In this document: one piece after another, positions 47,657 to 60,146 of the stretch
Layout: each line of letters opens with the position of its first letter
Numbering within the stretch: the stretch's first letter is position 1
Origin: Basidiobolus meristosporus CBS 931.73
Lineage: Eukaryota; Fungi; Basidiobolomycota
Direction of reading: 5' to 3'
Assembly: GCA_002104905.1 (NCBI GenBank)
Contig: MCFE01000128.1
Span: 1-64,000, forward strand
DNA length: 64,000 bases
Made by a program: the position numbers and the translations under genes
The notes under the pieces: generated by a model
What the model was told of the DNA's origin: nothing
Database searches by the model: none
The model's input: only the letters and a program-made list of their open reading frames with translations

Positions 47657-48353
47657 TGTTGTGCATCAACATTTAAAACTTAGCCAATTTTACTCCGTTT
47701 GAAAATCTAGTACCCTAACTGATTTTCCCTAACCCAAACATAACAAATCCCAGTTACAGTTTATTTTATCCCACCTCAGAATCTATTTTTAGCTATCACA
47801 CCTGATCTATTTTCAAATGGTCATTACGTTATCAACCTATCTGCCAAGCCTTCCCAGGTGATTAGTCATCTGAGATCTATCCAACCACTGTGCAGTTGCC
47901 AAGACATCAGTTGATTGATGATGTAATTTTCATTTATCTTATGCACCTATGAACACCCAAATTGATTTCAATCAATCCAGTCCCTTGGCGCTGACTAATT
48001 CAACTTGATCAGAAAAGTATAAATAAAGTTTACTGAACCGTTTGGTTTAGTGTGTGTCTCAACGAAATTAAGATTCTGTCTCAGCAAAAATAAGAATCCA
48101 ACAATTCCGTTCTAGTTTCTATCCAAGCCTAGTATATCTAGCACTCCAAAGAACACCAAGCCTAGCCTGCCTAGCAAACAAATATCATTGCCTTTATAGC
48201 CAACCCAGCTATATCCAAGACCAATATTAGATCAGAATCTTTCTGCTAATATTTCCGCCACTCTCTGACAATTCTAAGATTCTGCACTTAATTGTCCCTT
48301 TGGTTCAGTTAAACCATTCAAGAGTTTTATTACACTTTCTCTTGGATACAACA
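47657..48353 (+). repeat. 5' LTR (697 bp)
   Basis: Matches 52880-53576 except 48040 G vs 53263 T (compared by eye). TATAAATA at 48018. Confidence 0.97.
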
Positions 48354-48393
48354 TTTTTTTCGTTGAATTCCATTACATTCAGCCAATTAGAAG

Positions 48394-51300
48394 ATGTCCT
48401 CAGCAGCAAGCAATCCAAACCTTTCCATGCTGGAAGAAGCCAGAAGAAATCAGGAAGAACTTACTGAACAGCTTGAAAACATCATGCTTGAAAGAAATAC
48501 CATGATGATTGAGCACTCAAAGCTTGCCAAAACAAGATCTGATAATCACCGTAGAGATGAACTCCTTGAAGTTATATCCGGTTACCAAGATGAAATTGGA
48601 ATAATTAAGGAAGCACTGGAGAATATTGCCATAGTAATTGACAGCATTGAAAATCCACCAAGCCTTGCTCTGCATCAGCCACCAAGAAGTCATGCCTTTG
48701 AATCCTCCAGATCTACATCTCCTTCTAGACCTGCCCCAGTGGTTGTCCCAAGATCCTTGCCTGTTTATGCTGAAGGCACCAATGCCATCAAGAATCCAAC
48801 TGAGTTTCTTTACAAGTTTAGTCACGTCTTAGCTGCACACCAGCTAGACCCTGACACCAACTGGGCTAGACTTCTGCCTCTCTGTCTCACAATGCAAGAT
48901 GCTGACTGGGTTGAAGTGAACATTCCTTCCAATAGTACGTGGAAAATTGCCCAAAACCTCTTTTGCAGCCATTTTGAAGATCCTCTCAAGAAAGCACATC
49001 TGAACTCTGACTTATGGAAAACTAAAATGCAAAAAGGTGAATCTGTGCAACACTTCTGTGATAGATTCCAAAGACAAATGAGATTAGCTGGAGTTAGTGA
49101 TGATAATCCATCGCTTACTGCTCATTTTCTTTCAAACTTTTCACACCAGCTACAGAGCAATATTGCTATTGTCAAAGCATGCAACCCTGCACGTACCTAT
49201 GACCAGATCTCAGAGATATGTACACTGGCAATCACCTTGACTGCAGCTGTTAGCCAGACTTCAGGCAGCTCAACCCAATACCCCACAACAGCCGGAAAAG
49301 AGACCAGTCATGTGACCAAGAAGCAGTCAACCGCTACTAAGCACTGTGAGCTTCATGGAAAATGCTATCATTCTACCAGTGAATGCAAAGGCATCACCAA
49401 GCAGTCAAACAAGTCAGGAAACACCGCAGAAAAGCAGCAAAACACCAAAACTGATAATCCATATGCTGATGACAAGTGCTTTAAATGTGGAAATAGGGGA
49501 CATAGATCACCTGCCTGTCCTGAGAAGAACTCCACACCATCAGCCAAAATTACCCAGATCCTTGATGATCATTCAGCCAATGATACAATGGGGTATGAAG
49601 AAGCATATGAAGAACTTACAGTTCAAGATTATCACAACCTCTTTGAGTTTCCGGCTAAAATTGCAACTGTCCAAGAAAAGAAGCAACCAATCTCACAGCT
49701 CAAAGCCATAGAAGTGCCACTCACCCTCAATGGCCAATCATACGTAGCACTACTGGATACTGGATCATCCAACTCTATTGTATCACCCAATGTAGTCAGA
49801 GAACTCAATTTGGAGATAGAAAAATGACCAGGAAAAATCATTCTTGCAGCTAAGGATCTCTCAGCCCCAAGAATTGGCATTACCAACCCAATCAACATAC
49901 ATTGTGGCTCAGTAACCATAATCCATCAGATGGAAGTGATTGACATACCAGATGGACCTCAGGTAGTCATTGGTCTGGACACCTTCACCAAACTCGGCTT
50001 TCACATAGGCGGACTACCGGTTTCCTATCCAGGAATCACTAAATCTCAGCCACTCATAATGGATCAAATCCCAGAGATTATCTCATCCCAACCGGAAGAA
50101 GAAGAGTTAACCCCAACTTTTCAAGAATATTCTCAATCAGTCAAATTAGATATTCAGCCGGCCATAGAGAGAAATCAGGCCATTCCAAGGAACAGCTTCT
50201 GCACCATCCCAGAGTCCATTGTTACACTAGAGACCCCACCTGGTGAGTCAACATGGAGGAGGCAATACCCAATTCCGCATTCATGTCAACACTTAGTTGA
50301 TGAGATAGTCCAAAAATGGGCTGACAATGGGATTATCACTCAAGCCCCTGTCAACACAACATTCAACAGCCCTTTGACGCTTGCACCAAAGAAAGATGCT
50401 GATGGAAATCTAACCCTGAAGAGACCCTGTTTGGACCCCAGACCTCTGAACAAGCTTCTCCAAGATGACAAGTTTCCAATTCCAAGAATCCAAGATATCT
50501 TTTCCGCACTATCAGGAGCAAAAGTATTCTCCAAGTTGGACTTGAAGGATGCATATCACCGATTCCAGATCCATCCTGATCATCAGCATAAGACTGCCTT
50601 TACTTGGAATAATATGCAATGGATGTTTCAGGGAGCTCCCTTTGGCCTAAAGACACTTACCAGCAAGTTTCAGAGAGTCATGACTATAATACTCAAGAAT
50701 GCACCATACGCATTTGGTATTTGTTGATGATGTCATCATATTCTCCACTAACCGTGATGATCATGCAACCCATGTCACTGATGTAATCAACAGACTGACA
50801 ACTGCTGGACTGATTCTCAATGCTGAAAAGTGCAGTTTTGCCCGCCTCAAAATCAATCTACTTGGATTTATAGTCACACCAGCTGGCCACCAATTAGATC
50901 CTTTCAAACTGGTCAATATCCCAGAATGGCCAAAACCCACTAGCGCCAAGCAACTTCAACATTATCTTGGAGTATTCAACTATTTCAGGGAACACATACC
51001 ACTCATGTCCTCATTGAGTGCCCCTTTAGATGCATTACGCCATAGCCCTGATCTCACCTCAGCCTGGAACAAGACTCATGACCAAGCCTTTGAGTCACTC
51101 TGCCAACTGCTTCCACAAGCACCCACCTTATCCTACCCAGACTTTACTAAGCCCTTTATTGTTGCTACGGATGCATCTAATGTTGGGTTAGGGGCAGTCC
51201 TCTATCAAGATGAAGACCAAAATCCGCCTCACTGGATCTCTTTCCAAGCCAGGTCCCTACAACCTGCTGAGAGAAACTACTCTGCTACCAAGAAGGAGCT

Positions 51301-52879
51301 ACTTGCCATAGTCTTTGCGTTGAAGAAGTTTCATCAGTATCTATGGGGTAATCCTTTTACCTTGTACACTGACCACCGAGCCCTTGTCTATATCCACACT
51401 CAGAAGACTCTGACTCCAATGCTTACCAACTGGCTTGATACTCTACTTGATTATGAATATACAGTTATTCATTGCCCAGGAATTCTCAACATCCTTCCTG
51501 ACCACCTGTCAAGACTTTTTCCAACTTCACCTTGGGAGGGACATGTGATTACTGATGTAATCAGTAAACTCTCTACAACTTCCAAAATAATTCCTCAACT
51601 GGATTCAGCAACTTGGAAAATCCCACCTGAAGAACAAAGGAAAACATTGATACAGAGGAGTCATTTACTTGGCCACTTTGGAGCTGACACACTTATGAAG
51701 AAGCTACACTCTGATGGATATCACTGGCCAAATATCAAAGTTGACTGCTTAGAATTTGTCAAGTCGTGCAGAGAATGTCAACTTTACAATATCAGCCGCC
51801 ATGGATTTCACCCTTTGAGCCCCATCCATGCAAGCCTTCCTATGGATCATATTGCAATTGATCTAGCTGGACCTTTCACCACTAGTGATGATGGTAATCA
51901 CTACCTCTTTGTAATTGTGGATGTCTGCACACGTTTTGTCTTCCTCAAAGCTATCCCAGACAAGTATGCTGCCACTATTGCACAAGAACTATTCAAGCTC
52001 TTCTGCCTTTTTGGATTCCCTAAGGTCATTCAATCGGATAATGGAACAGAATTTGTGAATCACGTGATCAAAGCCCTTTGCCAGAATAGCGCCATTGATC
52101 ACCGTCTGATCACTCCATATCATCCCAAAGCTAATGGACTGGCTGAAAGACATGTTCAGACCTCAGTGAACATCATCAGGAAATCTATCAAAGGTATCAA
52201 GAAGAATTGGGACAAGTACGTTCCAACTGTACAGTATGCTATCAACACCAAAATTGCCGCTCTACATGGATCAACACCATTTTCCTTGATGTTTGGAAGA
52301 AGATACAACCACTTTGGAGACTACCAGAATACAGAGTTAGCAAGTTTGAATACAGATAAGCTAAAGAACCGGCTTGAGTACCTTACCAACATTGTCTACC
52401 CTGCTATCAGTGCCAGAAGTAAGGCCTCTCAGCAAAAGATGACTTCAACGTATGCCTCAAGACACAGGAACAGCAGCTTCCCAGATGGGTCATATGTCAT
52501 GACACTAGATCCAATCCGGCAATCTAAGCTTGACCCCAAGTATGAAGGACCATTCAAGGTTGTCAGACGCACTACTGGAGGATCTTATGTACTTCAGGAT
52601 AACACTGGAGCACTGCTACCCAAAAACTTTCCACCTTCTTCACTCAAACTTATTTCTCAAGACCCAGTAACTTTGGAATCCTATGAAGTTGAAGCTATTG
52701 TGGACCATGATGGAGAAGAACCAAATTGCCTTTATTTAGTCAAGTGGAAAGGCTATGATGCCAAACACAACACCTGGGAACCTTACACCAACTTTGATGA
52801 TGTTGCCATTATTGATCAGTATTGGAGCCGCAGAGGAACCCAGAAGGTATCAAAAAACTCCTCTTCCGGAAGGAAGTGA
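48394..52879 (+). pseudogene. gag-pol polyprotein with in-frame TGA (49825-27) and a +1 frameshift (~50714)
   Basis: Zn knuckle CFKCGNRGHRSPAC, protease LLDTGSS, RT (FSKLDLKDAYHR, PFGL, VFVDD), RNase H (ATDAS, ERNYSATKKELLA), integrase (H-H-C-C, IDLAG, SDNGTEF, NGLAER, GPF) and chromodomain YEVEAIVDH..YLVKWKGY..NTWEP. Confidence 0.95.
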
Positions 52880-53576
52880 TGTTGTGCATCAACATTTAAA
52901 ACTTAGCCAATTTTACTCCGTTTGAAAATCTAGTACCCTAACTGATTTTCCCTAACCCAAACATAACAAATCCCAGTTACAGTTTATTTTATCCCACCTC
53001 AGAATCTATTTTTAGCTATCACACCTGATCTATTTTCAAATGGTCATTACGTTATCAACCTATCTGCCAAGCCTTCCCAGGTGATTAGTCATCTGAGATC
53101 TATCCAACCACTGTGCAGTTGCCAAGACATCAGTTGATTGATGATGTAATTTTCATTTATCTTATGCACCTATGAACACCCAAATTGATTTCAATCAATC
53201 CAGTCCCTTGGCGCTGACTAATTCAACTTGATCAGAAAAGTATAAATAAAGTTTACTGAACCTTTTGGTTTAGTGTGTGTCTCAACGAAATTAAGATTCT
53301 GTCTCAGCAAAAATAAGAATCCAACAATTCCGTTCTAGTTTCTATCCAAGCCTAGTATATCTAGCACTCCAAAGAACACCAAGCCTAGCCTGCCTAGCAA
53401 ACAAATATCATTGCCTTTATAGCCAACCCAGCTATATCCAAGACCAATATTAGATCAGAATCTTTCTGCTAATATTTCCGCCACTCTCTGACAATTCTAA
53501 GATTCTGCACTTAATTGTCCCTTTGGTTCAGTTAAACCATTCAAGAGTTTTATTACACTTTCTCTTGGATACAACA
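52880..53576 (+). repeat. 3' LTR (697 bp)
   Basis: Begins immediately after the pol TGA and is followed by the TSD CCCCT. Confidence 0.97.
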
Positions 53577-54589
53577 CCCCTCTTTACTTGCTTACCCACT
53601 ACTACCTTGGATATTCCACATATAGTTTGAATCACAAAAACTATGGCCTTGGGCTTACTAACCTCTACATACACATATACCAGCTGCAAGACACACTCTT
53701 ATCACCTCAACTCTATGACTTTTAGTGTAATACTTGAAAAGTTGCCATATCCCTTGTATTGCTGCTAACATATACATCTTGCAAACACATGCTTGGCTGC
53801 CACCACTTTTGCATGAATACCTCCTGAATATCCGCAAATAACATCTTGGTATTTAGCCAATATATTCCTTCTCTCTGCTGGATTCTAGTCCCCATTACAG
53901 GTGCACTCAGGCTCTTATATGTGTGTATTCCATATTGAATGGTGTAAAAACTGGCTTGTGATCAAGAGAAACCCTGCATACTCTGGTAAAGCTATCCTAG
54001 TAAAAATGATTTGCTAGTTGTGCCCAACCCAACCTTGCATTACTTAACTCTTTACAAACACATTGGGGCTACTTAGCTTCATGGTACCAAAGGCAAAGGT
54101 GTCTCCACATGCACATCTCTCCTCAGTACTTTCCAACTCTTCCTGGTTGTCCTCCATATGCCAGCTCATCACATCCATGATAGACATGAAGGTAATATTC
54201 TTGATGAGATTGGGATGTGATAGTACCTGCAACTTGACTGAACTTCCTATCTCCCCTCACATCTGCTCCATAGGAAACTCCCAAAAGGTGTGGCCAGGTC
54301 CAATACTCTCCACACACAAAGCAAGATAGAGTAGAGAATGGATACAGTAGTGGCAGAGATATATGCATTCAGCTTTATGCTTGTAGTATAGCTGCCCAAA
54401 TCTTGTAGCAAACTTACTACATAACAGCTGTACGTGCATCAAGTTGGTATTGGTGATCTGCTTCAGGATAAATATTCCTACAATGTCAACATACAACACC
54501 CAATGCTTCCAATGTACTCTTGATACCATATGAAAAATTATTGTGATGATCCAATTGAAAGGCCATCACAGATTCTAAGTCCCATGACT

Positions 54590-55545
54590 AGGAGGTGTTG
54601 GTTCAATCAGGACACCATGCAAAGACCATCAAAAATAATTGCACCCCTGATATCACAAAAAGCTTAGTCAACATTTTTCATCAAAAAAATACAAAGGTGG
54701 CTCTTGATTGGTTCTCTGCCAATCTTTTCACTCTGTGAACCTAGACACTCTATCACCTCCTATATTTGTGTGCATTGATTGGCTATTGCCTCTTTCTCAC
54801 ACTCCTTACTACCTGACTCAACTGTTTCTCTTATTTTTCATGCATACAATTTGTTTTATTTCTGTTAAAACTTCAGCTGTACAGCAATTGCCAATTGTAT
54901 TGACCTAAACAAGTCCCTATACCCTACACTAACATTAAGCCCAACCCCATACTCAACAAGTAACTCTATTAAGATCCACCACTCAATAAGTATTCCTGCT
55001 GTAATGCTCTGTTTCCACAACTTTGGCAGGAACCCTCCCTATGAAAAATTATTGAGATGATCCCATCAAAAGGCTGTTGCAAAGTTAAAGTCCTGCAACT
55101 AAGAGGTACTGATCCTGTCAGGACACTGTCCAGAAACCATTGAAAAATAATCACACCCCAGATTTCACAAAAAACTTAGTCAAAATTTTTCATTACAACA
55201 ATATATAATTGGCTTTTGATTGGTTCCCTGCCAATTTTCTCACTTTCTGATCCCAGACACTCTATTGCCTCCTGCATTTGTGTCCATTAATTGGCTATTG
55301 CCTTTTTTTCACACTCCTTACTTCCTGACTCAACTGTTTCTCTTACTTTTCATGCGTACAAATTTATTTATTTCTGTTGAAGCTTCAGTTGCACCTCAAT
55401 TGCCAATTGTATTGACCTATATAAGTCCCTATACCCTACACTAACATTAAGCCCAACCCCACATTCAATAGGTAGCTCCATTAAAATCTAATACTTAATA
55501 AGTATTTCTGCTGTAATGCCCTGGTTCCACAGCTTTGGCAGGAAC
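54590..55545 (+). repeat. Two diverged ~450-bp direct repeats (54590-55040 and 55100-55545)
   Basis: Shared blocks such as aaaataat..cacccc.gat.tcacaaaa, gattggtt.cctgccaat, ggctattgcct.ttt.tcacactcctta and aacattaagcccaacccca at ~510-bp spacing. Boundaries approximate. Confidence 0.8.
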
Positions 55546-55559
55546 CTAACAGCTTTATG

Positions 55560-57725
55560 CTACTGTTCATTCACTGGTTCCCACATGTCCTGGTCTGCAG
55601 CCAGCACTGCAAGGTCAAGCACCTCATCTGCCAGTCTTTGCAATAAATCCTTGCAATATTCCAGTGCTTTTCTTGAGCACTGCTCTTGAAGAAGTGCTTA
55701 AACCTCTTGGCATGCCTATTAATGTTCCAGAATTCCACCAATGGCATTGTAATAACTTTTAAGCTCTTGATGTTGTAGCCTTGTCTGTCTGTGGGATCTC
55801 CACTCTGTCAACAATGGAGGATGTGGAGGCTGTGGTAGACAAATTCCCTTTTTCAGCAAACTCATCTACCTTGCTGGAGTGTATATCATCTGGCTGCACT
55901 TCCAACTCTTGTAAAAACAGCTGTTTTCTTGTTGGTGATTCTTCTTGGCTATGATGGGATTCAGTCTGCTCCTGGCTTGCAGCATTAATTGGCTAGAACT
56001 GCAGTTTTTTTTGCATGCCTCCCTGTCTCAGGCTTGGATAAACATATTTCCCTTTACCTTTCCCTTTATCACTGCCAGGTCTATTACAGCTACTTTGTCT
56101 GAGTGCTTCTTGTAAAGAACTACATTTTCTGCTGGATAAATTCTGCTCTGATGCATCTGTTTTAGCCTGCTTGTCCCATCCTGGCACTCTTCTGGCAACC
56201 TGACATTTCTTTTACACTTATTTTGAGCTCTCCACTGTAGTTGTGATGGGCTCCAGTGAAAGCAGCTGGTTTTTATCACTGCCAGGTCCTTCACTGCAAC
56301 TTTGACTGGGTGCTTCTTAAGTGGTACTACACTTTTTCCTTGATATGTATTGTGCTGGTGTATACATGTCTGCCTGCATGTCCCTAAACAACACTCTTCC
56401 AGCTACCTGACATCTCTTTGATGCTTGTCTGGAGCTTTTGACCCTGCTTCTAACAGGCTCTTGAGGAAGCTGCTGGTTTTTAGCCATGGCACCCTTGTTC
56501 TTCTGCCTTTGATAGTTTCTGTTATTCTTAAGATACTTTCTTAGCATACCAATGCTGGCTCAAAATCTGTTTGCCTGGTTGAGTCCAGGACAATGCTCAT
56601 GTAGCAAGTCAAGTGCATCCTGCTTGGACTTGAGTTCCTGATGGTCCCATGGTATGCTGGCCTTAAGGTGATGGTGGGCTAGACTTCTGACAGCCTCTTG
56701 TATATTAGCCCACTCTTCACTATTGCACTCAATGGCTTCATGGATCTTCAATGTCTTTTGATTTTTAGACTTTGGTATAAGCACAACATTGTCTCCCTCC
56801 CATGCTGTGATAGGCTTTTCTGTGGGCTTTATCTTTCCCTAAGAAAAAGAATTGACAAAAAGCCAGCAAAATACCATCATAGTATCAGCTGCATTCCAAG
56901 TTTGTCAAAATTGACAACTCTCAAAATGTCTGCTCTGAGCTGATAGGCAGACAAGCAAACAAGTTGTCCAGGAGGAGACTAGGCCAGCTAGCATCCATAC
57001 CAAATTAAGTAATTAGCTGCCCATTACTTCCATCAAAAATTGCATTTGAGATTTTGACCCAAAAACACCAGCTGAATACCAGCAGAATACCAGCAAAAAG
57101 TCAGATGAATTCAAGTTTGAGATTTTTCATAGGGTTTGGGCACTGTTGTTGTGCTTGAAAGACTGTATAGTGTTCCTCTGCTGTGACATTGGGAAATGGC
57201 TCAATTCTTGGCTGTGAAATCAAGCTACTTGAGTTCTTTCTTGGCAGCAAATATACTGCTTTCTCCACCCGGAATCTTAATTGCTCTACATATATTATCT
57301 GCTCATCCTGTTTCTGAACTATTTCCTGATTTCTCTGGGCCATTGCATCTATCCAATCAGCCACTTCACATAAATGCTTTGGTATGAGCTGACAACATTA
57401 TTGCTAATATAGGTGGTGGTGATGTTATCATGGTCACTTGCTGGTCTTCAACTGAGGGTACTGCGTTTGCTACATTCTCATCTGCTTGAGCATAATGGTC
57501 AGCTTGTGGCTCCACAGAGGTTCTCAATTGCCTACTTGACTGAGAGCCTGAGGAGTCTGCATTATTCCCTGCAATGGGCACACTGTCCACTGGGCCTGTT
57601 ATGGATGTAGCTCTGCTTACTGCACCAAATGTCAAAGCAAGCTGTTGTCCAACTGTTCTTCTGTTGCCGTCAGTGGTGGGGTTTGGTTGAGAACCAGACA
57701 ACTTTGCTTTATCTTTTGGCTGCAT
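55560..57725 (-). pseudogene. Accessory ORF of the CACTA-like element, copy A (degenerate)
   Basis: Fragments MQPKDKAKLSGSQPNPT..., EEWANIQEAVRSLAHHHL...PWDHQ...LLHEHCPGL...WASIGMLRKYLKNNRNY, ending DMWEPVNEQ. Paralogous to 60718-62588. Confidence 0.7.
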
Positions 57726-57947
57726 ACATATGGAAGTGAGTCAAACCAAAGGTGAAACAGTGTTACATATACATGTGTATGAGGTGCCACAACTTTATTT
57801 ATAATGCTTACTATGGCAGGTCATCATTGAATCTTACATTCATGTAGGTGCAATGTCTCAAATACAAGACTGTCTTAAGCTCACATGAGTATTGCCCAAA
57901 AAGTGGTATAATAGCATTATGTTGTTGAAGATCAAGCTGCTTGCCCC

Positions 57948-60146
57948 ATGGACAAGACTACTTTGACTCAACACTGTAAGAGAAGAGAAAAAAGATCATG
58001 TGACTATTGTGGCAAGCCTCTCAGCCGTGAAGCACACAGACAGCATAGGAAGTATTACAAGGATCACAATCAGTGTTATGCCACCCAAGTCATATTTGAC
58101 CTTTCATTGGTCACTACTGTACCAACATTGTCTTGCTGGCCAGTTGATACTTCTATATTGGCACCTGGCCATCTTTGTCACCTTGCGCAAACTGAGTCAG
58201 GTGAGTTTTTGACAACTTTGGGCTCACCTTGACCTTTTGAATATGGCATGCTGAGTGATAGCTCTGGCAAAGAAGGCTCACTGATGGATTTTGAGCCTAT
58301 CTCCCCTAACAACAGTACCACATATGAGCCCAGTCAGATCCCTCTGTGCTATGAGACAACACCATTTGAACCAAGTGCCCAGGATACTTTATGGGGCCAT
58401 GTGAGCCCAGTAATCCATTTACTGGTGAATGATGTAATATTGTGGCTAGAGAAGTGGTGCATTTTCACTAATATCAGTAATGGGGGCTTTGAGGATTTAT
58501 CACTACTTCTTGCCAAAAATATACTGGGATGCAACTTACCATGTAAATGCTACAAGTGGACAACCATCATGTGGCTGATAACATATGATCCATAGACTGT
58601 CCTGATTCCAGCATGTGCTAATAGTTGCATGGTATTTACATCCAAAAATGCTCTCATTGCAACATGTTCAAATTGTCAGGAATCCAACACCATTCAGGGA
58701 AAACATTGTACACACTCCAGATATGTTCTGGTCATACCCCATCTGAGGAAGCTGATACAGTCCAACAAATATTGCAAAGCTATACAGTACTGCACTTAGT
58801 ATCCATCAAGCGCAAACAAATCCAATATATTTGATGGCAAACATTACAAGCAGCTAAGAAGCAAGGGCTACTTTGAAGGTATGTATGACCATGCCTTTGC
58901 TTGAGCACTTGCTGGATTCTCATTAAACAAGTACTCTACCAGCAAATCCTGATGGCCACTGATTCTTATCAATTTGAATCTGCCACCCATCTTATGGTAT
59001 CAGAGCACTAATCTGATTGTAGTCTCACTGGTGTCTGGGCCTAAATTGCTGTCCAAGCTGGATAGCAACCTGTATCCACTGCTGGATGAATTTTATATGC
59101 TTTTCAGCAGGATAACAGCTAATGGCCATCATGTAAAAGCACATGTTATTATCTACACTGGAGATACCCCAGCCATCAGCAAGATAGCAGGTTTTTCTGG
59201 GCACAATGGATGGAATTGCTGTGAGTGGCGTTCTGAAGCCATTCATACCAAGAGTACATTGGAAGCATTGAGAGTCATATGCGGACATTGTAGGAATATT
59301 GATCCAGAAGTGGATCACCAATGCCAACTTGATGCATCCACAGCTGTTGTGTGAGGAGTGTGTGACAGGATTTGAGCGGCTATACTGCAAACATAAAGCT
59401 GAACATGTGGATCTCTACTGCTACTGTATCTATTCTCTACTCCATCTTGCATGGTGTGTGGTGAATATTGGGCCTTGCTTCACCTTTTGGAGTTGCATAT
59501 AGAGCAGAAGTGAGAGGATATAGGAATACAAGCCAAGTTGCAGATACTACCATATCCCAATCTGATCAAGAATATTATCTTCAAGTCTGTCATGGATGTA
59601 ATGAGTTAGCACATGGGTACAGCCAGGAAGAGTTGGAAAATATGGAGGACAAATGTGCACATGGAGACACCAATGCCTATAGCATTAAGAAGCTAAGCAG
59701 CCCTAATGCATGGGTAATCAGTTAAGTAATGCAAAGTTGGGTTGGGTGAAACAAGCAACTATTTTTTATCAGGAAAACTCTACCAAGGTATGCTGGACTT
59801 CTCATGGTCACAAGCCAACTTCTACACCATTCAGCACAGAATTCACACAAACAAAGGCCAGAGTGCACCTACAAGGGGGACTAGAATCCAGCAGGGAGAA
59901 GGAATATATTGGCTAAATGCCAAGAAGTTCTTTGCGGATATTCACAAGGTATTCATAGCAGAAGTGGCTGCAACCAACCATATGTTCGCAAGATGTTTGT
60001 ATTACCGGCAGTACAAGGTATATGGCAACTTTGCAAGTATCACACTAACAAGCTGTAAAGTTGAGGTGATAGAAGTATGTCAATTGCCGCAGGTGTGTGT
60101 GTTTGTAGAGGTTAGCAAGCAGGAGGCCATAGTTTTTTCTGATTAA
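57948..60146 (+). mobile_element. CACTA/EnSpm (Transposase_21-type) transposase pseudogene, copy A
   Basis: N-terminal CDYCGKPLSREAHRQH; WPLILINLNLPPILWY..NLIVVSLVSGPK..LDSNLYPLLDEF; VKAHVIIYTGDTPAISKIAGFSGHNG..CC. Many stops and frameshifts. Confidence 0.8.

Larger units (their letters stand above)
47657..53576 (+). mobile_element. Full-length chromodomain Ty3/Gypsy (chromovirus, Tf1/sushi-like) LTR retrotransposon
   Basis: 697-bp LTRs with TGTTGT...ACAACA ends; TSD CCCCT (47652-56 and 53577-81); polypurine tract GGAAGGAAGTGA before the 3' LTR; domain order Gag-PR-RT-RH-IN-chromodomain. Confidence 0.98.
47211..54525 (-). mobile_element. CACTA/EnSpm-like element copy B (terminus plus transposase 3' part), split by the Ty3/Gypsy insertion
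   Basis: With the retroelement and one TSD removed, 47211-47656 + 53582-54525 aligns as an inverted copy of ~59245-60670, and the alignment runs straight across the insertion point. Confidence 0.8.

Noticed and set aside
49810-49840. Programmed gag-pol readthrough or frameshift signal
   Set aside because: The TGA falls inside the protease domain after LLDTG rather than at a gag/pol boundary, and it is a one-step CpG transition from CGA.
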